Shown: piece after piece, positions 25,715 to 38,559 of the stretch
Position numbering within the stretch: position 1 is the first letter of the stretch
Layout of the letters: each line of letters opens with the position of its first letter
Source: the human T2T-CHM13v2.0 reference genome, Homo sapiens
Assembly (NCBI RefSeq): GCF_009914755.1
Contig: NC_060932.1
Length of the DNA: 64,000 nucleotides
Direction: 5' to 3' (one strand)
Made by a program: the position numbers and the translations under genes
Notes under the pieces: generated by a model
Database searches by the model: none
What the model was told of the DNA's origin: nothing
Seen by the model: only the letters and a program-made list of their open reading frames with translations

Positions 25715-26206
25715 TGTATTTGCTAGCTTTTGCTGTGTAACAAACCATCCCCCAAATGTCATGGCTTAAAGCAATAACCATATTTTAGCACACATTTGTA
25801 CATCTGTCAGTTTAAGTTGCACTCATCTAGGCAGCTCATCTGGGCTGGGCTCAACAGATTTTAGCTGGGCTTGCTAAATGTTTGACAGTCAGCTAGTGGG
25901 TTGCCTGGTTTATCACTGTCTTTTCTGGGACACCCAGATTTACTGGGACTTTTCTCTCCATGGTCTTTCATGTGCTAGAAGGCAAGCCCAGTCTTATTCA
26001 CATATCAGTGACAATGTTTCAGGAACAGCATAAAAACAAACCCTAAGGTACAAGTAACTGCCAAGTTGCTGTTTGCATTAAGTGTGCTACTGTCCCATTG
26101 GCCAAGGCATGTCACATGGGCTAGCTTATACTCACAAAGAACTTTCCAAAGGTTTGAATTCAGGGGGGTGTTAGTATATGCAGTATCACTGCATCAGCAC
26201 ACTACA
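25715..26206 (-). mobile_element. MLT1 (MLT1G/H-like) LTR
   Basis: tgtatt...ttgctgtgtaacaaaccatcc...ggcttaaagcaataacca ... tcccattggccaaggcatgtcacatgg ... actaca. Confidence 0.75.
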
Positions 26207-29009
26207 GGGGGCATCAGAAAATAATTCATAGGAGGACACAGTGCTGAGTTCTAGTACAGGTGAACAAATTTTGATCAAGAAAAATGGGAGGAGTATTCTA
26301 TATATGGAAAGTATCATGACCTGAGATACAGTGGGATGAACACATATAGCGTGAGGTACACTAAAACTCCCAAGGGGAAAGAGGGGAGGTGTGTTTTAAT
26401 TGTCACCTCTAGCTCCAAGCTCTTCTTTCTGTCAAATAGTTTATAAACTGTCTTCCCACCTACTCACATAATACCTGTTCCATAGTGCAGCATTCTAAAC
26501 AAAGAATTCCCAGCTGGGAACTATACATCCTTCTTTTAAATATTTTTTGGCTCTTTCATCACTGGGGATTATATTAAGAATCATTTCTCTAGCCGAACTT
26601 TTAATGAAGTCTAAGTAGCAAACACTTAGCTGTTGTACTGATACCACCACTCCATGCCACACCACAATAACTAGGGTCCTCAGGCCTTCCTCTCTTTTCA
26701 TCCCCCTCTTGCTGAATGGATCCCAAAAGTGGCTTTCCCCAGAAACTACTTCAAACACAGCTCTGGCCCTGTATTTGCTTGAAAATAAATTATGATTCAC
26801 AACACAAAGGACCTTCCATTTAACAGGGTTCATGCTTCTGAAACAGTCGTGGGTTTTTCTTCCTGTTATTAGACAGTATTTATGTTACAATTAATATTCT
26901 CTCCTTATCAAAGGAAAATCAACAGTAGTACAAGAATTATAGAGCCAAAAAATGCATGATAACCAGATTTAACAATGCTAGATCATGGATACTGTCACTT
27001 CCTGATAATTTCCCCTTATATTCCCCTACCCCAATATTCCAGCTCTACTGTTTCATAAATAGATTTGAAAATCTCACTCCCTGATAGATTTAGAAAGAAT
27101 TTTTATAACATGTCACGTGTCCTAGGGCACCCGGGGATGAATCTAGTCCCTTGGGAACCCATGAGAATAATGAGCATCAGGTTGTCTATCAAACTCATAC
27201 AGCAGGAAGAAAGTCTATGTGGTTTGTCTTACTCTATCCCGATAAATTCTGTTTCCCCTATTCTTCAAATCCACTCATAAAATCTCCCTGCATGATGATT
27301 AAGACTGTACCCTGAAGACTCAAATTGACTGAAAATTTGGGAATTTATGCTCAGGTTTAGGAAACAAAAGACATAGGAGTTTTAAGTAAGAGCCATTTCA
27401 ATATATGGCACATGTGTCTTATATTGTGACTTATTTTATTCAGTAAGTCTGGGCTATGATATTTCAAGCACATATTCTCCAAAGCAAATCTAAGTTGCAT
27501 GTAGCTAGGGTTGATGTGGATTTTCCAAACTACATGATCTCTCTCTAAATATTAGTGATATATTACCTAAGGAGCCATGCATAGCAATCTGAAACCCAGT
27601 TGTGTAATAGAAAATGAGATCTAACATTCCACAAATGGCCAGGAAGTACACACAAGAGAAGTCAGTGAGGAGAAAAATGTCCAGGTGCTGCCTGTTGATT
27701 GACATTAAATTTGAACATACTTTACGTTATTTATTGATGGACAAGAGGAAATCAAAGCATAACAAATTAGACACAAGTTTACTACAAAATATGCAGAAAA
27801 AATGAATCAGAAAGAAACGTGAAGATTAAAATAATCTACTTTTTGTCATTAAAGAGGGGAGAGGGGAGAAAACCTATTTGGCATTCTCAACAGATTCTTT
27901 AAAACACTAACAAAAAATAAAATGAGCTGATATTAGCAAAAAGATGGAATAAGGACTCTAAAAGTTCACACCTTCAGAAAAATCAATGAAAAATCTGACA
28001 AAAAAAATCAGAATCAACTTTTTATACAAGCATACCAAAAGTTTGAAATAATGCACAGAACACTTACTTAAAAACAGCAGTTAAATCTTGGTAAGATCTT
28101 GTAGCTTTTTAATTTACCCTAATTCTAGCTCTCACTTCCAGCTCAGAGCATTATTAAAAAATTCGTAATTTCTGGTACTTGTAACAGATGGAGCAGAAGC
28201 CATTTATTTTCAGAGTGTTGAACTTTTATGTTTTGACTTGTCTGGTGGCTCCCTGGAAGACCAGATCAAAAGACTTGCCTTTATCTTGCCTGATTCAGAA
28301 CCCACCTAGTGCTAAAGCTACTACCTCGAGTGTGTTTATAGGAAACATTTACAGGCAAATAAATATTTTAGTGACTGCTGTCTCAGGTAATGGATGATAC
28401 TTAAAACAGACTAACCAAAAGGTTTGAAGGAAAGACTAGAAAATAAGACGTGTTGGAAAATAAGGGCTTTAGTAAGCTGCAACCTATTTCTGGAAACCTT
28501 GAAAGCTAAATGCATGCCCAGAGCTGTGTGTGTGCTCAAGGAAGACCCAGCAAGGGCTGAATCAGTCACCGATGGCTGACCTTGATTGCTCTGTGAAAGC
28601 AAGAAGGCAATATCAGAGTTTTAAACTGCCTGGCTAAGTGCTGAAAACACACCACACACACACCAACACACAAACACATACACAGACTCTGTGTAAGACC
28701 GGAAGATGTTCTGGTTTCAGGATTTGAAGAAAATTCCTGCCCTATCATTACTTGACCACTAAGCTAATGAAACAGAGACCTCAGGGGCCACACATAACAA
28801 AAATGAAAACTTTACAGAATTGGTTCTGAAAGTCACTAAAACAAAATGTCACCAAATAAACAACTACTACAACAAGCAGCAACAAGAAATCCTGAAGAAG
28901 AGAATCTGGTTATCAGAGTTGCCAACTTATACTAAAAATGTTAAATTTGAAGCAATAAATTATCAGGCATGCAAAGAAACAAAATGGTATGATCAATAAA
29001 TAGAGAAGA

Positions 29010-29334
29010 GGCTGGGTGTGGTGGCTCACACCTGTAATCCCAACACTTTGAGAGGCTGAGACGGGTGGATCACAAGGTCAGGAAATCGAGACCACCCTGG
29101 TTAACATGGTAAAACCCCGTCTCTAATAAAAATACAAAAAATTAGCCAGGCATGGTGGCAGGTGCCTGTAGTCGCAGCTACTCGGCAGGCTGAGGCGGGA
29201 GAATGGCATGAACCCGGGAGGCTGGCATGAACCCGGGAGGCAGAGCTTGCAGTGAGCCGAGATAGTGCCACTGCACTCCAGCCTGGGCGAAAGAGCAAGA
29301 CTCCGTCTCAAAAAAATAAATAAGTAAATAAATA
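29010..29334 (+). mobile_element. AluY with internal 19-bp tandem duplication
   Basis: Diagnostics gaatggcatgaacccgggaggc, gagcttgcagtgagccgaga; TSD aataaatagagaaga/aatacatagagaaga. Confidence 0.95.
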
Positions 29335-29917
29335 AATACATAGAGAAGAAAGTAATCAATGGAAACTGTCACTCAAGGAGTTCAGATAACTTATTATACA
29401 AATGCCTTAAATTATCTATTTTAAATCATTTAAATATATTCAACAATTTAAAGAAAATCATGTCTGAATAACTATAGAAACCATGAGAATAATGTCTCAC
29501 CAAATAAAAAATCCAATAAAGAAACAGAACTTATAAAGTTAAGGAGAAATTCTGGAGTAGGAAAGCACAACAACTTAAATAACATTTCACTAGAGAGGAT
29601 CAAGAACACACTTGGGCAGCACACTTGGTAAGCATAAGAAAAATCAGTAAAATTGAAGATAGGTTAATTGAGATTATCCATTCTGAGAAATATAATTTTT
29701 TAAATGAAGGAAATAAATAGAGCCTAAGAGACTTGTAGGACACCATCAAGTATACCAACACACAAATAATGAGATTCCCAGAAGAGGAGGAGAAACAAAA
29801 AGGGAAAAAAATATTTGAAGAAATAAGGGTCCAAATCTTCCAAAATTTGAATTAAAAATAGTAAAATACATATCTAAGAAACTCAAAGAACTTCTAGTCA
29901 AAAAAACTCAAAGAGAT

Positions 29918-30211
29918 ATGTGCTTACACATAATAAAGTGTCAGAAGATAAAGATAAGGAATCTTGAATGCAGCAAGAGAAAAGAACCTCATTATATGGA
30001 AATGCCCCTCCAAAGATTAATGTCTGTTTTCATAAGATACCGCAGACGCCAGAAGCAGTGGGATGACATATTCAAAGAGCTTAAAAATAAACGAAAAAAC
30101 CATCAAACAAGAATTTTATATCCAGCAAAACTTTCCTTCAAAAATGAAGGCGAAATGAAGACATTACCAGATAAACAAATACAGAGGGTTATTAGCAAAC
30201 CTGCCCTCTGA
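29918..30211 (+). pseudogene. Degenerate L1 ORF1p C-terminal coding remnant
   Basis: Translation RRQKQWDDIFKELK...QTRILYPAKLSFKNEGEMKTLPDKQ matches the conserved L1 ORF1p CTD; lies inside a frameshifted L1M. Confidence 0.85.
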
Positions 30212-30340
30212 GAAATGCTAAAAATCTTTCAGTGTGAATTGAAGATATACTATATAATAACTTAAATATATACAAAGTAAAGAACACCAGTAAGTTATCT
30301 ACATAGGTAAATGTAAAAAAATAGTATTAATGTATTTTAA

Positions 30341-30469
30341 TTTTTTTCTTTTAGAGATAGGGTCTCACAATATTGCCCAGGCTGGCCTTAAATTCCTGGG
30401 CTCAAGCAATCCTCCCACCTTGGCTGCTCAAAGAGCTGGAATTACAGGCTCTGAGCCACTGTGCCCAGC
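30341..30469 (-). mobile_element. FLAM_C (Alu left monomer)
   Basis: ttagagatagggtctcacaatattgcccaggctgg...ctcaagcaatcctcccacc...gagccactgtgcccagc. Confidence 0.9.
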
Positions 30470-31108
30470 TGTAAGAGGCGTTTGAACCAGAATGACTCCA
30501 TCTTAAATAGGGGCTAAGTAAAATAAGACTGAGACCTGCTGAGCTGCATGCACAGTAAATTAGGCATTCTAAGTCACAGGATAGGAGGTTGGCAAAAGAT
30601 ACAGGTCATACCGACCTTGCTGATAAAACAGGTTGCAGAAAAGAAGCCAGCCAGAAGCCAGCCAAAACCCACCAAAAACAAGACAGCAACAAGAATGATG
30701 TCTGACGGTCCTCACTGCTCATTATATCCCAATTATAATGCATTAGCATGCTAAGAGACACTCCCACCAGCACCATGACAGTTTACAAATGCCATGACAA
30801 AGTCAGGAAGTTACCCTATATGGTCTAAAAAAGGGAGGAACCCTCAGTTCAGGGAATTGCCCACCCCTTTCCCAGAAAACTAATCAATAAGCCACCCCTT
30901 GTTTAGTGTATAATCAAGAAATAACTGTAAGTGTCCTTAATGGAGCAGCCCACACCGCTGCTCCGCCAGTGGGGCAGCCATTATTTATTCCTTTACTTTC
31001 CTAATAAACTTGCTCTCACTTTATTCTTTGGATTCACCTCAAATTCTTTCTCTCGCAAGATCCAAGAACCCTCTCTTTGGGTCTGGATCCGGGCCCCTTC
31101 CGGCAACA
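30470..31108 (+). mobile_element. MER41B solo LTR (ERV1)
   Basis: tgtaagaggcgtttgaaccag ... ggatccgggccccttccggcaaca; contains ataatgcattagcatgc and the tandem GAS block; TSD cagc/aagc. Confidence 0.92.
30848..30877. promoter_or_regulatory. Tandem GAS (STAT1) motifs in MER41B
   Basis: TTCAGGGAA (30848-56) and TTCCCAGAA (30869-77) both fit TTCNNNGAA. Confidence 0.7.
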
Positions 31109-33204
31109 AAGCCAAATGTAATTTTTAAATTTGCAATTCCTTTCTTTACATCTGATTTAAAAGACAACTGTACAAAATGATAATTACAAGTCTACGTTGG
31201 AGAACACATGGTGTAAAAAGATATATTAATAATTTGTGAAAATAACAGCACAAAGGGGAAGAAGATCTAGGCTATAGCAGCAATGCTTTAGTGCACTATT
31301 GCAGTTAAGTTGGTATTAACTAAAAAAAAAAATTAAAATGGTACACTAGGAAATACCTATTTAACTCAAAAGGAGACAATAATGGAGGAAATGTGGAAGA
31401 AAAAATAATAACACATATAGAAAACAAATATCCAAGGGGAGAACTGTATTCTTATCAGTAAGTATATCCAATGTAAATAGATTAAACCCTCCAGTTAAAA
31501 GGCAGAGACTGGCAGAAGGGTTAAAGGAATAACAACAAAACATGATTCCTACAGACTATGTGTTGTCTATAAGAAACCCACTTTAGATTCAAAGACACGA
31601 ATAAATGCAAGTTAAAAAAAAAAAAGGAAAAACATATCCCATGCAAGCAGTAATCAAAAGAGAGCAGACAAGATGGACTTTAGGGCAAAAGTTGTTATGA
31701 GAGGCAAAGAAGGACATTATATAAAGATAAAAGGATCAATCCATCAAAAAGTTTTAACAATAATTAAAATATATACACCTAAAAAAGAGCCCCAAAATAC
31801 ATAAATCAAATCTGACTAAATGAATGAATAAACAGTTTGATAACCATAGTTGAAGACCTCAACACCCTGCTTTTAATAATGGACAGAATGATGAGACAGA
31901 TGATCAAGAAAATAAAAGAATGGAACAACACAATAACCCAACTAATCAACAGAACATTTCACTCTGTGATAGCAGAATACACATTCTTCTCAAGTGCATC
32001 TGGAAGATTCTCCAAGATACACTCTGAGTCAATTCACAAAACACATCTCAAAAGTTTAAAAATGTTGAAAGCATACAAAATATGTTTCCCACCACGATGG
32101 AATGAAATACAAATTAACAACTGAGGAACTTTTGAAAATTCATGAATATAATGAAACTAAGCAACCCACTCGTAAAAGATCTATGAGTCAAAGGCATCAT
32201 CACAGCAGAATCAGAAAATACTTTGAGATGAACTAAAATAAAAAAAGCATGCCAAAACATGGGAGGCAGTGAATGTAATACTTACAGCAAATCTACAATT
32301 GCAAATGCTTTCATTTAAAAGGAATGCTGGTTTCAAATAAATAACCTAAACTTCCTCCTTTAAGAAAAAGAAGAACAAACTACACCCAAAATAAGAAGAT
32401 ATAACTAATAAAGACTAGAGAGGAGATAAAACAGAGAATTTAAAAATCAATAGAGAAAACGAAACCAATAGTTGGTTCATTCAAAAGAATGATGGAAGTG
32501 CCAAACTTTTAGTTAGGTTAACCAAGAAAATAAGAAAGAAAACACAAATTACTAAAATTAGGAATAAAAGTGAAGGCACTCAAACCTACTTGAAAGAAAT
32601 AAAAAGGATTATTAGAGAGTACTCTAAATGCTTGTGCGTCAACAAATTAATCTTCTCATCTCTCTGAGGTAGCTTAACTTTTTAAAAAATGCTGAACTAT
32701 TCAAAACTATATAAATAATCTCCTAAAATATGCAAGGTCCTCCTTTCTGAACTAAGTAATATTTTTTAAAATCCTATTCCTAAATACTCTTTGAAAAGCC
32801 CAATAATAAAACATGGGGCCAGTGAGGCTCACTATATCATTTTTAGAGCTTGGTCACTTTGGAGAATGGCCCAGATTGCCTCTGGAAACTCAAAGTTCCC
32901 ACCAACATAAACACATTCATGCTTATGACATTCCTAGGAAAATCCAAATATTTGAGAATTTGAAAATCTGACAACTTAATTCCCATTTTTCATGATCAAA
33001 TATTCAAAATTGGATTTAACATATTGATTGACCCCCAGGAGAATGACTCAACATTGTTGTTTTTAATGCTTTGTTATAGTATCCAGCAGGCAACGGTTGT
33101 TTTTCTAAAGCTTGGAATAAAACTGCAACTGACTGGGAAGCCTGAAAGGACTCATCACCTTTATTATATCATAACATCTCTTGTTTCTCCTGAGTCGTGT
33201 TTTT

Positions 33205-33537
33205 GTTATTTTTTTAAAATTATTATACTTTAAATTCTGGGGTACATGTGGAGAACGTGCAGGTTTGTTACATAGGTATACATGTGCCATGGTGGTTTGC
33301 TGCACCCATCAACCTGTCATCTACATTAGGTATTTCTCTTAATGCTATCCCTCCCCTAGCCCCCCCATCCCCCGACAGGCCCTGGTGTGTGATGTTCCCC
33401 TCCCTGTGTCCATGTGTTCTCACTGTTCAACTCCCACTTATGAGTGAGAACATGCGGTGTTTGGTTTTCTGTTCCTGTGTTAGTTTGCTGAGAATGATTG
33501 TTTCCAGCTTCATCTATGTCCCTGAAAAGGACATAAA
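33205..33537 (-). mobile_element. L1PA7-like 5'-truncated 3' end
   Basis: ttatactttaaattctggggtacatg...tctacattaggtatttctcttaatgctatccctcccctagcc; 15-bp TSD ctgagtcgtgttttt/ctgggtcgtgttttt. Confidence 0.92.
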
Positions 33538-33864
33538 CTGGGTCGTGTTTTTAAATCTTACAATACTGAGAATTAAACAATTCCTTATAATTTAAGCCAG
33601 TTGGGCGTCATTCACTAGGCAATAAAGCATGTATTAATCTTTTCTAAATTTTTATTTATTAAAAGCTCTGAGACATTCAGAAATCAATAAAAGTAGAATC
33701 AATTATCTTTTTAATCTCCTTGTATGCTCAGGAAATGAATCAGCAAGCACAGCAGTGAGAAACTGTTCTGCTTTTTTACGAGTTAACTATGCAAGCGGTA
33801 AAATGTTTGAGAGAGATGTGGAGATTTAAGCTGCCGAACTCACATTTAAAATGTAATCGACAAA

Positions 33865-34065
33865 CACTCATGACAATTAGTATTTACAGAAGCTCTTACC
33901 ATTTATCAGGCACTTTCACATGCATTACTGTATTCAATCATCACAAAAAAACCTGAGATGGGTATTTTCGTCTTGAATGTAAGGTACAGAAAGATTAAAC
34001 AGCTTGATAAGAGACATCAAATCAGAAGCAGACTCCTGGTTCCACGCCCAAAGCTCCTCCCCATT
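33865..34065 (-). mobile_element. MIR
   Basis: caggcactttcacatgcatta...aatcatcacaa...cctgagatgggtatt. Confidence 0.65.
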
Positions 34066-34599
34066 TTGCTGAGTCATAGCAGAATCCATACAGCCATTAC
34101 TGAATTTTGTCTCGTCATGAAATACGTTCTCATAAATGTTTATTATAAATGCACTTTCCTTGCAGGACATTATCTTTCTTGACAGTTTTTAGTTCTTAGT
34201 CACACAACTTAGAGAAATTATATTTGGCCACATATAATTAATATCCCCACTAAATTATAAAAACTTGGACTTTGTAAAGTTTGTTGGGCATTTTAAAATC
34301 ATAAACTTTAGACAACTATAACTAAGATTAATTAATTCTCTGCAATATCAATTATTGCAAATGCATGAAACCAATTCTCAATTACTCATATCATCTATGG
34401 CATTTTTTAAATCCTAAAAACATTTATTCCTGTCTCTGAGAATACTTGATATTATAACATCCTAATCAGGAAATATAAATAAGTATAGATATTAGCTTAA
34501 AAATATAAAATTAGGATAATGGGCATAATATGTATGTTATATACATACAATTACCTTTTGCTACTTTCTTCCAACTGAATGGATAATCAAGAGTTGATG

Positions 34600-34790
34600 A
34601 GAAAATGTTACTAAAATATACATAAAAAACACATATACAGGTACAATGTATATGACTTGTATATATGCACATATATACACACAAACATAACACATAAATA
34701 TGAATACGTATGATGGATATGTACATACACACATTATATAATTATTATGAATGTATATGTGTATATATACACCTATATACACATATGCAT
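34600..34790. repeat. Low-complexity TA/CA-rich tract
   Basis: Seen directly. Confidence 0.8.
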
Positions 34791-35015
34791 GAGCTCATAC
34801 TGAAACCTCCAATGACAAATCAACAGCAACAGAGGGTTCATTCTAGTGGTCCCCCTTTCTATAACAACCTTCATCAAAAATGAGAAAACTAGCTCACATT
34901 ATACTTAATATATTTACTTGATTTCCCAGTCATAAAATACACAGAAAACAGTTTTAGAATTGTTAACCCATAGCAATGCTTTAAAAAACATAACTAACTA
35001 GATCTCAATATTTGC

Positions 35016-35047
35016 ATTTGATCTTAGTCAAAAGGCTGAGAAGCAAT
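35016..35047 (-). pseudogene. 3'-truncated (tailless) U2 snRNA retropseudogene, nt ~1-32
   Basis: Reverse complement attgcttctcagccttttgactaagatcaaat versus U2 5' end atcgcttctcggccttttggctaagatcaagt (4 transitions); 16-bp TSD agatctcaatatttgc at 35000-35015 and 35049-35064. Confidence 0.9.
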
Positions 35048-35278
35048 GAGATCTCAATATTTGCGTATAGCTTCTTTTTCTCTTTAATCTAAGGTCAGAG
35101 ACTGAAAATACCATGGTCAGAAGCTGGTAGGGTTAAATTTTCTCTTCATTCAGTTTGATAATGTTACTCATTTGAAATACAATTACATTAAACTTACTTG
35201 GTTCATATCTTATTTTATGGTTCTTTTGTGCCTCTAAATATCTTGACTGCAAAGAGTCAAAACTATCTAAAAAGTATA

Positions 35279-35586
35279 CATCTATCCTTCCCTATCCACA
35301 GATTCTGTATCCCCAAATTCAACCAACTACAGATTGAAAATATTTTTAAGAATGATAAAAAATGACAATACAAAATTGAAATAAATTATAAAAATATATT
35401 ATAACTATTTACATAGCATTTACATTGTATTAGATATAAGTAACAGATGATTTAAAGTATATGGGAAGATGTGTATAGGTTATATGCAAATACTAGCCAT
35501 TTTATATAAGAGACTTGAGCATCTGCAGATTTTGGTATTCACGGGGCTTCTGGAACCAATCCCCCATGGATTCCAAGGGACAACTA
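35279..35586. mobile_element. Tigger3a/MER7A-type TcMar-Tigger MITE
   Basis: ttcaaccaactacagattgaaaatatt...tatttacatagcatttacattgtattag...ggaaccaatcccccatgga; TA flanks at 35277-78 and 35587-88. Confidence 0.88.
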
Positions 35587-36115
35587 TACTTAGAAAAGTG
35601 TCACCCCCATGCTATGTTTTCCACCTCACTCCCATCTGACAACCCCTATAAGTTGTCAATCTCATTATTTTCTAGTTTGCCTTTCCTACAATTCATTTTG
35701 CAAAAATAAACACATACATGTATTATTTTATATTTCCTTTTTTTTTTTTTTTTTTGGCCAAAGTTAGTGTGCTATACTCTTCTGCACTTTGTGTCCTGCA
35801 AATCACTCTATATATGCTCATGGTGATCTTCATCATCCTTTCATAGAAGCTTCAGGGCATTCTGATAAGTGCACATACCATAATCTGTTCAATTAATCTT
35901 CCATATATGGCCATTCAGGATGTTCCAGCATACTAAATTACAAAAAAAGTAATACAATAAACATCTTTGTGTAAATGTATTTTTACACTGTGGGAGATAT
36001 GCCTTTAGAATAAACTCCTAGAAATAGGATTTCTTGGTCAAAATGTAAATGAGTATATAGTTTTCTTAAATATTCCCTTCCATGATGATTGCACCAGTTA
36101 ATATTCCCATTGTCA

Positions 36116-36438
36116 TCATTCTCAGTAAACTATCGCAAGAACAAAAAACCAAACACCGCATATTCTCACTCATAGGTGGGAATTGAACAATGAGATCACA
36201 TGGACACAGGAAGGGGAATATCACACTCGGGGACTGTGGGGGGTGGGGGGAGGGGGGAGGGATAGCATTGGGAGATATACCTAATGCTAGATGACGAGTT
36301 AGTGGGTGCAGCACACCAGCATGGCACATGTATACATATGTAACTAACCTGCACAATGTGCACATGTACCCTAAAACTTAAAGTATAATAAAAAAAAAAA
36401 AAGAAAAAAAAAAGAAAACAACAACAACAAAAAAATAT
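36116..36438 (+). mobile_element. L1PA2 5'-truncated 3' end
   Basis: gcattgggagatatacctaatgctagatgacGAGttag and cttAaagt (not the Ta ACA/G alleles); long A tail; perfect 15-bp TSD atattcccattgtca (36101-15, 36439-53). Confidence 0.93.
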
Positions 36439-36504
36439 ATATTCCCATTGTCAATGCACGTCTGTGCCTACATTCTCCCACCCTCAGCAACAGTCTTGAT
36501 TAAG

Positions 36505-37262
<758 letters not shown>

Positions 37263-38559
37263 GGTATTTTATCATTCAGTGTCGAAATTTCTCCTTCTGG
37301 AGATGAATTTGTGTTTCATCTGACTTCTTTCTTCTCTCCTTTGATAGAATCTCTTAAGCCTCCCATTTCCTTCTTTCTACACCCACAGGCTTGAGGGGCC
37401 ACTGAGCTCTGATGAGATTTGGGGTTTATTTTTCTCAGATGTCATTTGAAGTTCATGGTATTTTCTGCCTCCTACTAACATAATGGTGAAATCATAAGAC
37501 ATGTGTGGGTTTTTTTCTGCTCCTTGTTGTACTTTTTAAAATTTATCTGTACTTTATGTTCAGGAGTGATGGTATATGGAGAGATTTAGATTCAGTTGGC
37601 CACAACATTGCAGATTTTATGACTATTAATGTATGATTTAGGGTATTTCTTAGGACTGTCCTAGGTCTTTGTTACTATAAGTGTATTTTGAAAACCAGAA
37701 TACCATATTACCTCTGATCATCAAATATGATGATGAAGAACAAAGTTCCAGGGCATTTTTTACAAAATGGAAGGGATAGACTAGTGCTGCAATCAACCAA
37801 TGAGAGCTCATCACTACAATGTACCACAGACTAATAAGCAAACACCCACTAGAAGACAAGACCTTCCGATGAATTATAATTGTCACTTCACACCTACTCC
37901 CTACAAGGAGGCTTTTATCTGCAGCTGCTATAATCAATAGTGCTTTGTTGCTGGCAAGCATTATACTTTTATAGCTGCAAAATGGAAACAGAAAGCTTTA
38001 AAATCTCTCAATATCTATGTTTGAATATCTCACTATCTTTTCTCTGTTCTCTTATTTGCAAACACTGTTCATGTTCTCTCTGATCACTTTACAGATGCTT
38101 TCTCATTTCAAGAAACATTTCATTATTTTATCTCTTGAGAGAAATGGGCAATGGCTCAAGTTTCACAAACCAAATGGGCACACTGTATTAAAAAGTTAAT
38201 TTAGGCATGTTGGGTTTTACAAAATTTTTTATTAATGGTGTATTTTCAAGGAATATGTGAAAATAAAATGACACTAAGAGCACACCATGAAGATCAGCTT
38301 TAAATTCCCCCTTCCCACTTTAAATTCTTAGTTCTTCAGTTGTACACTTAAAAGAACCCCCTTGCTGTTTTCTTATTTATATTTTCAAGTTTTATTCAGT
38401 TACAATTGCATGTTCACACGTTCCCCTTTATAATACACAAATACAAGCCAATGATACTACTGAGTCTTCATTCTTTATACTTAGGTACCTTGTGATCTTT
38501 CCTTATGTGCATATATAAAGCTATCTCATATCTTTTCACAGTTGCATGGTTTTACACCG

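Larger units (their letters stand above)
27930..32650 (+). mobile_element. Old L1M 5' half (5'UTR, ORF1, ORF2 endonuclease region) hosting AluY, FLAM_C and MER41B
   Basis: ORF1 C-terminal remnant near 30050-30190; EN motifs aatgtaaatagattaaac...ccagttaaaaggcagagactggcagaa and tgttgtctataagaaacccac near 31470-31580; ends at a KRIIREY-like segment near 32640. Confidence 0.85.
34785..36495 (-). mobile_element. L1MC-type 3' region hosting a U2 fragment, Tigger3a and L1PA2
   Basis: catgagctcatactgaaacctccaat...gggttcattctag; later gatttcttggtcaaaatgtaaatg...cattctcccaccctcagcaaca. Confidence 0.7.

Noticed and set aside
26495-26833. 112-aa minus-strand ORF in unique sequence
   Set aside because: No recognisable homology or convincing splice/promoter context; length is compatible with chance
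22561-31108. Two MER41 LTRs ~7 kb apart as the 5' and 3' LTRs of one provirus
   Set aside because: Different subfamilies, separate TSDs, no PBS or gag/pol, and the interior holds older MIR, MLT1 and L1M elements
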